Source of the DNA: Dickeya dadantii NCPPB 898
GTDB lineage: Bacteria; Pseudomonadota; Gammaproteobacteria; Enterobacterales; Enterobacteriaceae
Length of the DNA stretch: 32,000 nt
Direction: 5' to 3'
Assembly: GCF_000406145.1 (NCBI RefSeq)
Contig: NZ_CM001976.1
Coordinates: 2,413,543 to 2,445,542 of the forward strand
In this document: piece after piece, positions 1-6,903 of the stretch
How the letters are laid out: the number at the start of each line of letters is the position of its first letter
Numbering within the stretch: position 1 is the stretch's first letter
The notes under the pieces: model-generated
The model's database searches: none
What the model was told of the DNA's origin: nothing
Seen by the model: only the letters and a program-made list of their open reading frames with translations
Position numbers and translations under genes: made by a program

Positions 1-773
1 CCAGCGGCCCGACCGGCGAACCGTTGACGATCGAATGGGACAAGGCCGTCAGAACCCACAGCGCGGCCAAAGTCAGCGACTATCCGGAAGGCGAGTTGCA
101 CAAGGCGATTGTGCGCTTCAACCGTCGCTACTGCGAATTGCTGGAAAACCTACAGTTGGCGCTGTCCGGCCGCCCGTTAAAACTCACCCCGGCGGTGATG
201 GCGATGGGCGCGCTGCGGGAGGATTTCCGGGCGATCGTCTCCCATCCGTTCCCCGGCGACAACGCCTACCGCGCGGCGCCGACGTTCGAGTATACCCCGC
301 CGCCGCCGCCGCGTTTTCAGGCCAAGAGTCAGGCGGTCACGTTCTCCAACAACCAGGCTACGCTGGAGAAACTCGGTCAGGCCTATGCCGCGGGCGACCT
401 GCCGATGGCGCTCACCTGCCTGAGCGAACAGTTGGTGTGGGACATGACCGGCCCGGTGGATGTGCCTTATACCGGCGTGTTCTACGGCCACGAAGGTTTC
501 TCCCGTTTCTGGTCGCTGATGAGCCAGACGGTAGAATTCAGCAGCGAAGTGGTGGAAAAAGTCTTCTTCAGCGACAATCAGGCAATGGCTTACGGCAGCC
601 AGCAGGGGATCACCAAATCCACCCGCGTGCCTTACAGTTACGACTGGGCGATACGCTATGAGTTCACCGACGACCACCGTATCCGGCTGATGCGCAACTA
701 CTTCAACCCGATGCGTATTCAGGCCGCGCTGGCCGCTACGCCGCCGAAACCGCGCTCGTTCATCAACAAGTAA
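1..773 (+). CDS. Ferritin-like domain / SnoaL(NTF2)-like domain fusion protein; 5' end lies outside the window
   Basis: The frame is open from nt 3 with no upstream stop, and the listed ORF starts at a TTG (nt 24), so the real start is probably upstream of the window. The N-terminal part resembles the end of a ferritin-like domain. A 5xPro linker follows. The C-terminal ~125 aa (..LVWDMTGPVDVPYTGVFYGHEGFSRFW..IRYEFTDDHRIRLMRNYFNP) looks like a SnoaL/NTF2 fold. A strong hairpin terminator follows the stop. Confidence 0.6.
   Translation, partial: SGPTGEPLTIEWDKAVRTHSAAKVSDYPEGELHKAIVRFNRRYCELLENLQLALSGRPLKLTPAVMAMGALREDFRAIVSHPFPGDNAYRAAPTFEYTPPPPPRFQAKSQAVTFSNNQATLEKLGQAYAAGDLPMALTCLSEQLVWDMTGPVDVPYTGVFYGHEGFSRFWSLMSQTVEFSSEVVEKVFFSDNQAMAYGSQQGITKSTRVPYSYDWAIRYEFTDDHRIRLMRNYFNPMRIQAALAATPPKPRSFINK
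297..311 (+). repeat. (CCG)5 trinucleotide run encoding PPPPP in the domain linker
   Basis: Read directly: ccg x5 in frame with the CDS (..EYTPPPPPRFQ..). Confidence 0.9.
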
Positions 774-797
774 CGCGCACGATTTCTTCTCTTTCCC

Positions 798-826
798 GCA
801 CCGCCAGCCCGGCGGTGCTTTTTTTT
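798..826. terminator. Rho-independent terminator between convergent genes
   Basis: GCACCGCC (798-805), loop AGCCC, GGCGGTGC (811-818), then T8 (819-826). It is well placed for the + strand CDS ending at 773. The minus-strand gene ending at 849 also runs into it. Confidence 0.85.
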
Positions 827-856
827 CGCTTCACAGACTTTTTTCGCCTCACAGAC
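821..856. repeat. 18-bp tandem duplication (2 copies, 1 mismatch) spanning the stop codon of the IMPase-family gene
   Basis: TTTTTTCGCTTCACAGAC (821-838) and TTTTTTCGCCTCACAGAC (839-856). The second copy contains the gene's last codons and its stop (TCA at 849-851 = TGA on the minus strand). Confidence 0.8.
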
Positions 857-1613
857 TGAAGAACGGCTCCACGATCTGCTGCACGTCGGGGATGGCGGTC
901 GCCACATGCATACCGCCCACCTCATAACTTCCGCGATATTTCACCACCAGCCCGGCTTCCGTACAGATCACCACCCCGGCGGCGATATCCCAGATGCTGG
1001 TGTTTTTCTCCACGTAACCGTCAGTAAACCCCAACGCGGCAAACCCCAGTCCGACAGTAGCGCAGCGATAGCGCGCCACCGCCCAGCCTTCATCACGCAG
1101 GTAGCCGTCCAGCATCGCCACTTCCGCCGCCGCCCACTTATTACTTTCCCCCAGCGCCACCAGCCGAACCTCGCTGAACGGCACCTGACGGCGATACGGC
1201 ATCCCGTTACGCCATACGCCGCAGCCTATCGCCGCCGACAGCGTCAGGTTCAACATCGGCAACGCAACGGTGCCGACCATCGCCAGCCCGTTTTCGACAT
1301 ACCCGATCGAAATGCCCCACAGCGGCAAACCGCGCAAAAAGTTGGTGGTGCCGTCTATCGGGTCGATGGCCCAGAAACTATCGCCGGCTTCGCCGCCCAT
1401 TTCTTCGCCCAGAATAGCGTCCTGCGGAAACGCCTCCCGCAGACGGTCGCGGATCAACTGCTCGACCTGCCGGTCCGCATCCGACACAAAATCATTGGCG
1501 GATTTCTGTTCCACCACCACGCTGTCACGCCGGGCAAACAACTGCCTTGCCAGCAACGCCGCTTCCTCCATGACCGTGTTGGCGGTCTCAAAGCGCAACT
1601 GCAAATCAGACAT
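849..1613 (-). CDS. Inositol monophosphatase family protein (SuhB/IMPase-like)
   Basis: IMPase family motifs are present: ..ILGEEMG.., WAIDPIDGTTNFLRG, IWDIAAG. ATG at 1613 is preceded by GGAGGA (complement of 1617-1623). 254 aa. Confidence 0.85.
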   Translation of the reverse strand: MSDLQLRFETANTVMEEAALLARQLFARRDSVVVEQKSANDFVSDADRQVEQLIRDRLREAFPQDAILGEEMGGEAGDSFWAIDPIDGTTNFLRGLPLWGISIGYVENGLAMVGTVALPMLNLTLSAAIGCGVWRNGMPYRRQVPFSEVRLVALGESNKWAAAEVAMLDGYLRDEGWAVARYRCATVGLGFAALGFTDGYVEKNTSIWDIAAGVVICTEAGLVVKYRGSYEVGGMHVATAIPDVQQIVEPFFSL

Positions 1614-1623
1614 TATATCCTCC

Positions 1624-1708
1624 GGTTATCAACCCACTTTGGCTCTCACCCCAGTTTGGTTCTCACCCCAGCTTGGTTCTCACCCCAGCTTGGTTATCAA
1701 CCCAGCAA
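1624..1708. repeat. Five tandem copies of a 17-bp unit between, and overlapping, two genes
   Basis: Units: 1624-1640 GGTTATCAACCCACTTT; 1641-1657 GGCTCTCACCCCAGTTT; 1658-1674 and 1675-1691 GGTTCTCACCCCAGCTT (identical); 1692-1708 GGTTATCAACCCAGCAA. The last unit holds the final 4 codons and stop of the GDPD gene. The first unit abuts the RBS of the IMPase gene. Confidence 0.9.
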
Positions 1709-2455
1709 ATCGGGAATATCAGACAGGATCGTCTGGGCGCCATTATCGAGGAAGCGCCGGGCCTGAGCGGCATCATTGACGACTGCCACCGCGTATTCGA
1801 TATCGCTGTCCGCCAGGATGTGCTGGGCCTCGTCATCCAGCAGCTCCGACAGGCAGTGCAAAATCTGGCAATGGGTTTCCTGCAACAACGCCACCGGGCG
1901 CCTGGGCGGCACCACCACGGCAAACGCCCGCGGTACATCCGGCATCAGCCGCGCCGCCGCCTGAATGGAACGAACGGAAAAACTCGACAGAAACAGCCGC
2001 TCGCGGTTGGCGGGCCACATTGATTTCAGTACGCCCAGCGCCACCTCCGCCGTTTCCACGTCGTCGCCTGCGGTCGGTTTCAGTTCCAGCTGCAATCCCA
2101 TATCCAGCTCCAGCACGCATGCAATCAGCTCCTGCAGCGTCGGGATGGTTACCCCGGCGAACGCGTCGCCGAATTGCGCGCGCGCCTCCAGCTGGCGAAT
2201 GTCCGCCAGCGTCAGGCCGGCGACCAGACCGCGCCCATTGGTGGTGCGATCCACCCGATCATCATGGATGATCACCGGCTGGCGATCCCGCGTCAGTTTG
2301 ACATCCACCTCCAGCCACTTTGCCCCCAGTTGCGCCGCCTTACGCATGGCAACCAGCGTATTCTCCGGCGCCAGCGCCGAGGCGCCGCGGTGGGCGATTA
2401 ATGCATCATTCACCACGCGGTGGTGACGAAGGTGATCGGTTATCACATCAGACAT
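1697..2455 (-). CDS. Glycerophosphodiester phosphodiesterase (GDPD family, UgpQ-like cytoplasmic type)
   Basis: N-terminal ..IAHRGASALAPENTLVAMRKAAQLGAKWLEVDVKLTRDRQPVIIHDD.. matches the GDPD catalytic region (HRG..ENT..E.D..HD). There is no signal peptide. 252 aa, similar in length and layout to E. coli UgpQ. AGGGAAA RBS before the ATG at 2455. Confidence 0.85.
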   Translation of the reverse strand: MSDVITDHLRHHRVVNDALIAHRGASALAPENTLVAMRKAAQLGAKWLEVDVKLTRDRQPVIIHDDRVDRTTNGRGLVAGLTLADIRQLEARAQFGDAFAGVTIPTLQELIACVLELDMGLQLELKPTAGDDVETAEVALGVLKSMWPANRERLFLSSFSVRSIQAAARLMPDVPRAFAVVVPPRRPVALLQETHCQILHCLSELLDDEAQHILADSDIEYAVAVVNDAAQARRFLDNGAQTILSDIPDLLG

Positions 2456-2614
2456 AATGGTTTCCCTGGTGTTTCAATACATCGGTGTTGAGTAAGAAAA
2501 TATGTTGAATTAAAAATGCGTTTGGCCTTGCCCGCGTCGGATACAACAAACGGTTTTTAAACGTCTGTTGTTCAAACGTCATCACGTCAAGCGTCATAAC
2601 AAGGCCGCGCGATG

Positions 2615-3781
2615 TCATTTCAGCATCACGTTTTGAATAAACTGCTTTTTGATTTCGTCGCCCAATGGCTTGGCCGCCCAGGCGAAACTGCGCGACCGAT
2701 CCAGCGAATCCGTCGCCTGAGCGCCGTCGTCCGCCGGCGTCAGCAGCGCCGTACCGAACTGCGAGTGAAAGCGCCGTTGCGTGTCCGGCTGCGTCAGCCA
2801 GTGGATGAACAGTAATGCCGCCGCCTTATGTTTGGCGTTGGCCGGGATCCCCACCACATTGCCGCCGCCCGGCATGCCAAAATCAGGAAGGTAGAATTTG
2901 ATATCCGGCGACACTTCGCCTTTGTGTTGCAGCGACAGCACCAAATCCTCCCATGAAGCGGCGAGCTTAAATTCGCCGGCATTCAGTCGGGTGATGCTGT
3001 CGGCATTGGACGCGCTGATCACCATGCTGCCTTTGTAACGGTTGAACCAGCTCCAGGAGGGCGCAAGCCGCTGCAACACCGCCGGCGCGGCATTGCCGTC
3101 ACGGTAGTTGACGTCGGTGACCAACGCCCGGGTAACGGATTCGATAAACGCCGGACCGGAGCCGCCATTCTCTACGTTAAAGGTGAATTCACCGGGGTTT
3201 TTCACCAAAAACTGTTCGAACTGCGGCAGCGAATGCGGCAGATCGGCCGTGTCGATGCGCGCAGAATTGTAGGCGATCACGGTCTGATTGCCCCAGAACG
3301 CCACCGCGTAGCCCTGGGTATCAACCCCTTCGATCTGGTAGCTTAGTTTGTCGCCGGCCGGCAATCGGGCTTTGAGCGGCCCCCAGAACAGTTTGGGTCC
3401 GTTAAGTAACCCGAACTGGCTGCCGCCCACCGAGATCACGTCGATATCGCCCTGCTCACGATGCTGCTCCGCCAGCAGTTTGTTGATGCTGGCCATCGCC
3501 TCGCCATCGGGAATGGTGACCCGAATGCCATACTGTTTCTCGAACGCCTTCACCTCTTCGCGCAATCGGTCCTGATAGTACCAGTTGAACCAGACAAGCT
3601 GACCTTCCTGACGCGCCTGCGCTTCCACCGCCTGCCAGGACAGGCTAGACAAATCCGGCGTCTGGGCCTGCACCCGCAGTAACGGCAGCAACAGTACCAG
3701 CAACGCCGCCAGTCGCCCTATTTTTGACAGACTGAGTCGAATGAACATGCAAGATTCCCCTGAATGATTAAGCGGCATCAT
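2615..3781 (-). CDS. ABC transporter periplasmic substrate-binding protein (PotD/Fe3+-type solute-binding family)
   Basis: Signal peptide MFIRLSLSKIGRLAALLVLLLPLLRVQAQ. Size and context fit an ABC binding protein. Two plausible starts exist: ATGATG at 3781 (2 nt after the upstream stop, SD AAGGGA) or ATG at 3748 (SD AGGGGA), which gives a more canonical signal peptide. Confidence 0.8.
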   Translation of the reverse strand: MMPLNHSGESCMFIRLSLSKIGRLAALLVLLLPLLRVQAQTPDLSSLSWQAVEAQARQEGQLVWFNWYYQDRLREEVKAFEKQYGIRVTIPDGEAMASINKLLAEQHREQGDIDVISVGGSQFGLLNGPKLFWGPLKARLPAGDKLSYQIEGVDTQGYAVAFWGNQTVIAYNSARIDTADLPHSLPQFEQFLVKNPGEFTFNVENGGSGPAFIESVTRALVTDVNYRDGNAAPAVLQRLAPSWSWFNRYKGSMVISASNADSITRLNAGEFKLAASWEDLVLSLQHKGEVSPDIKFYLPDFGMPGGGNVVGIPANAKHKAAALLFIHWLTQPDTQRRFHSQFGTALLTPADDGAQATDSLDRSRSFAWAAKPLGDEIKKQFIQNVMLK

Positions 3782-3783
3782 CG

Positions 3784-4617
3784 TTATCCCTTATTGACGA
3801 ACGCAGACGCCGGAACATGTCTGAGACAGCGCTCCATCAGCAGCATCAACAACACGTTAGGCACCACCAGAATCAGCGACACCACCGCCGCATTAGGCCG
3901 AATGAAGTTATAACCCAGGTACGAATACAGAATGGTCGGCACGGTGATAAAGTCGGGCGCGCCCACAATGTAGGAAACGGAAAACTCTTCGATGGACAGA
4001 ATGAACACCATGATTATCGCCGCCAGCGCCCCGGATTGAAGCGCCGGCCAGTAGGCCACCCGGAAGATTTCCCGCCGGGATGCGCCCAGGTTGCGCGCCG
4101 CATCCACCAGATCCTGCCGGACCTGACTGAAAGAGACGCTCAGAATGCGGATGGCGTACGGCAGAAACAGCACCGTATGACCGAGGAAAATCCCCATGAA
4201 CCGCGAGTACACCCCCAGGCGCATCAGCAATGAGGAGAAGAACACCGCCACCACGAACCCCGGCAACACGATCGGCAGCAGCGTCAGCGCCTGTGCCAGC
4301 CCTTTGCCGGGAAACGACAGGCGGCCAAAGGCATAAGCGGTCGGCATCGCCAGCAGCAGGCAGGTCAGCGTCACCATCGGCGCCAGCAGATAGCTGTGCA
4401 ACAACGCATCGGGCAGCGAGGTGTTGTTCCATAATTCACGCCAGCGCTGCAGCGACAACACCGGCGGGAAGACATCCGGGTACGCCCACGGGTGAGACGG
4501 ATCCACCAATGACCACAGCACCGCCATGGCAAACGGCAGAATCAACCACACGGTCCCCAACAGCAGGATCACCACCACCAGCAGGCGGTTGAGTCGGTCA
4601 ATCACGGTCTGCTGCAT
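3784..4617 (-). CDS. ABC transporter permease
   Basis: 277 aa polytopic membrane protein with the binding-protein-dependent transport inner-membrane motif region (..DAARNLGASRREIFRVAYWPAL..). Its start lies 4 nt after the upstream stop. Confidence 0.85.
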   Translation of the reverse strand: MQQTVIDRLNRLLVVVILLLGTVWLILPFAMAVLWSLVDPSHPWAYPDVFPPVLSLQRWRELWNNTSLPDALLHSYLLAPMVTLTCLLLAMPTAYAFGRLSFPGKGLAQALTLLPIVLPGFVVAVFFSSLLMRLGVYSRFMGIFLGHTVLFLPYAIRILSVSFSQVRQDLVDAARNLGASRREIFRVAYWPALQSGALAAIIMVFILSIEEFSVSYIVGAPDFITVPTILYSYLGYNFIRPNAAVVSLILVVPNVLLMLLMERCLRHVPASAFVNKG

Positions 4618-4620
4618 CGG

Positions 4621-5475
4621 TTATTTCCCTATTCTGTGCACGGCCGCGCGGGCCGCGACCGCCAACAACCCGGCCCCCGCCAGCGACAACAACATCAGCA
4701 TCACCGCCACCACCGCCGCCTGATTCCAGCCTTCAGCGCCCGACTGCTGAACCCGCAGCATCAGTTGCGACATGGAGTTGAGGTTGACCGGCCCCGCCAC
4801 CGACTGAAAGGAAAAATCACCGGCGGCGCCGATAAAGATCAGCATCATCGCCGTTTGCAACGCCCGCAGCGTCAGCGGCAGCACGATGCGACGAAAACGA
4901 ACCCAGGCGCCGGCGCCAAGATTGCGGGCGGCGTCCAGCACCGTGTCGCCGATAGCCTGAACCGAACCACTCAGCAACAGCAACGCAAACGGCATCTGTT
5001 TCCAGACCTGCAACAGAATCACGCCGATGCCGTTGGCGTCGTTTTGCATACGAATCGGCCGCTCCGTCAGCCCCAGTCGTAGCATGGCGACGTTGAGAAA
5101 CCCCTGATAAGAGATGAAATTGACGAACAGAAACGCCGCGGTCAGCCCCGGCACCAGCAGCGGCGCTTTCAGCAACGCACGCAGGGTGACGGCCCCCGGA
5201 AACGGCTTGCGCAGCCAAATCGCCAGCGGGTAGGCCAGCGCCGCCGACAGCAGCGCGCTAACCAGCGCAATGCGCGCCGAGTAGAAAAAAGAGCGCCACA
5301 GCTGTTCGTCGGTCAGCATGGTTTGCCAGAAACGCAGCGATAACCCGCTGTCGCCGGCAAAATTAAAGAACCCCAGCGACTGGGAAAACGCCATCCCCAA
5401 CACTGCGCCCATCGCCAGCACGATGATCCCCAGCCCCGGCAGCAGCATCAGGTAAGCCATCAGCGACGATCTCAT
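4621..5475 (-). CDS. ABC transporter permease
   Basis: 284 aa polytopic protein with the EAA-like loop (..LDAARNLGAGAWVRFRRIVLPL..). Its ATG overlaps the ATPase stop (ATGA at 5472-5475). Confidence 0.85.
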   Translation of the reverse strand: MRSSLMAYLMLLPGLGIIVLAMGAVLGMAFSQSLGFFNFAGDSGLSLRFWQTMLTDEQLWRSFFYSARIALVSALLSAALAYPLAIWLRKPFPGAVTLRALLKAPLLVPGLTAAFLFVNFISYQGFLNVAMLRLGLTERPIRMQNDANGIGVILLQVWKQMPFALLLLSGSVQAIGDTVLDAARNLGAGAWVRFRRIVLPLTLRALQTAMMLIFIGAAGDFSFQSVAGPVNLNSMSQLMLRVQQSGAEGWNQAAVVAVMLMLLSLAGAGLLAVAARAAVHRIGK

Positions 5476-6554
5476 GCCGCCACCGCTTCGCGCAAAAACT
5501 GCAACGCGCCGGGCGGCAGTGAAAAATAATAGGTTTCCCCTTCCAGCAGCGGCTGATAACCCAGCAGTTGAATCCGGTAATGAACGCTGTCGCTATCCTG
5601 ATGACAACCTTCGATATCCGTCAGGTTGCCGAGAAAGGTCTGGCGTTTAACCCGCAGCGAGAAGATATTCTGCCCCAGCGCGGGCAACGACAGCAGGCAG
5701 GCGTTTTCCGGCCGCCAGCACAGATAGACCCGCTGCTGAGCCGGCGGCTCGTCCGACGCAACCACGAATTCACCCAGCGCGGTGTCGACCCGATACTGCC
5801 CGGCGTCCCCATCCCGCGCGGTAACCGTGCCCACCATGATGTTGGCGGTGCCGATAAAATCGGCCACAAAGCGGTTAACCGGCCGGTGATAAATCTCCTG
5901 CGGGGTTCCGGACTGAATTACGCTGCCGCCGTGCATCACGATCACCTTGTCGGACATCGCCAGCGCCTCCGCCTGGTCGTGGGTCACATAAACCGCGGTG
6001 AAACCGTGCTTACGCTGTAAGGTACGGATCTGCAACCGCAGTTGTTCACGCAGCCGAGCATCCAGATTGGACAGCGGTTCGTCGAACAGCATCACATCCG
6101 GGCGCACCGCCATTGAGCGCGCCAGCGCCACCCGCTGCTGCTGACCACCGGATAGCTGGGTGGGTAATTTATCCAGATGCCCGGCCATCGCTACGGTCAG
6201 CGCGGTTTCCACCACCCGATGACTCAACGCCTCACGTGGTACTTTGCGCTGCTGTAACCCAAAGGCGATGTTTTCCGATACCGTCAGGTGGGGAAACAGC
6301 GCATAAGACTGAAAGCACATCGCCGTATTGCGTTTTTCCGGCTCCAGGCCGTTCATTTCCCGGCCGCCGATGCGAATGCGCCCGCCGTCCAGCGGGACAA
6401 AACCGGCAATGGCGCGCAGCAGCGTGGTTTTGCCGCACCCGGATGGCCCCAGCAGAGTGACGAACTCCCCCTCGTTAACGTCAAACGACACCCCTCTAAG
6501 GACAGGAACGTCACCGTAAGCCACACTGGCGCGTTCCACTTCCAGTCTACTCAT
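5472..6554 (-). CDS. ABC transporter ATP-binding protein (PotA/FbpC-like, with a C-terminal regulatory/TOBE-like extension)
   Basis: Walker A GPSGCGKTT, signature LSGGQQQRVALARS, Walker B MLFDEPLSNLDA. I prefer the ATG at 6554 (SD GGGAGA about 8 nt upstream) over the TTG at 6578 used by the ORF track. Confidence 0.9.
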   Translation of the reverse strand: MSRLEVERASVAYGDVPVLRGVSFDVNEGEFVTLLGPSGCGKTTLLRAIAGFVPLDGGRIRIGGREMNGLEPEKRNTAMCFQSYALFPHLTVSENIAFGLQQRKVPREALSHRVVETALTVAMAGHLDKLPTQLSGGQQQRVALARSMAVRPDVMLFDEPLSNLDARLREQLRLQIRTLQRKHGFTAVYVTHDQAEALAMSDKVIVMHGGSVIQSGTPQEIYHRPVNRFVADFIGTANIMVGTVTARDGDAGQYRVDTALGEFVVASDEPPAQQRVYLCWRPENACLLSLPALGQNIFSLRVKRQTFLGNLTDIEGCHQDSDSVHYRIQLLGYQPLLEGETYYFSLPPGALQFLREAVAA

Positions 6555-6578
6555 TACATGGTCTCCCGTGAGTCGCAA

Positions 6579-6903
6579 GGCATCATGTTCAGCAAGGTGA
6601 AAACGTCATTAATTCAACTTATAATGCAGTATGCATAATAATAATGACAGATATGTTGCAAGAATGTAATGGGAAAATCATGAATCAATCTATTGATATA
6701 AAAATAAATATCTAAATTTTCACTGTGACTATCTTTATTTCCGGGTTGCATATCATGCATGGCGCAATTATCATTCATAATGTTTAATAATTAACATGAT
6801 ATACACTAGCGACAATGCCCCGCAGGTGCTGGTTTAACTGCACGATTTGGCGATATAAAAAGGAACTGCACACCATGAACACTCGCGCTGGAACCTGCGT
6901 CTG
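6579..6903. promoter_or_regulatory. AT-rich divergent control region between the ABC operon and the ROK regulator gene
   Basis: 325 bp, very AT-rich, with no credible ORF. It contains the dyads TGCATATCATGCA (6747-6759), TATGCATA (6630-6637) and ATGTTTAATAATTAACAT (6780-6797, imperfect), plus the direct repeat AACTGCAC at 6836-6843 and 6864-6871. Confidence 0.55.

Noticed and set aside
1624-1708. The 17-bp tandem array considered as a CRISPR array or an ERIC/IRU element
   Set aside because: The units are contiguous with no spacers and far shorter than CRISPR repeats, and no cas genes are present. The core ACTGGGGTGAG resembles part of the ERIC consensus (as in the ERIC2 primer), but the rest of the ~127-bp imperfect palindrome is absent.
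906-1766. 286-aa + strand ORF. Other long antisense ORFs behave the same way: 8439-9125, 9095-9739, 10194-11078, 13598-14413, 17321-17782, 21903-22646, 23080-23730, 28658-29329, 30247-31014.
   Set aside because: All lie opposite well-supported genes with clear family motifs. Their translations are Arg/Pro/Gly/His-rich with no recognisable motif. I treat them as GC-driven shadow ORFs.
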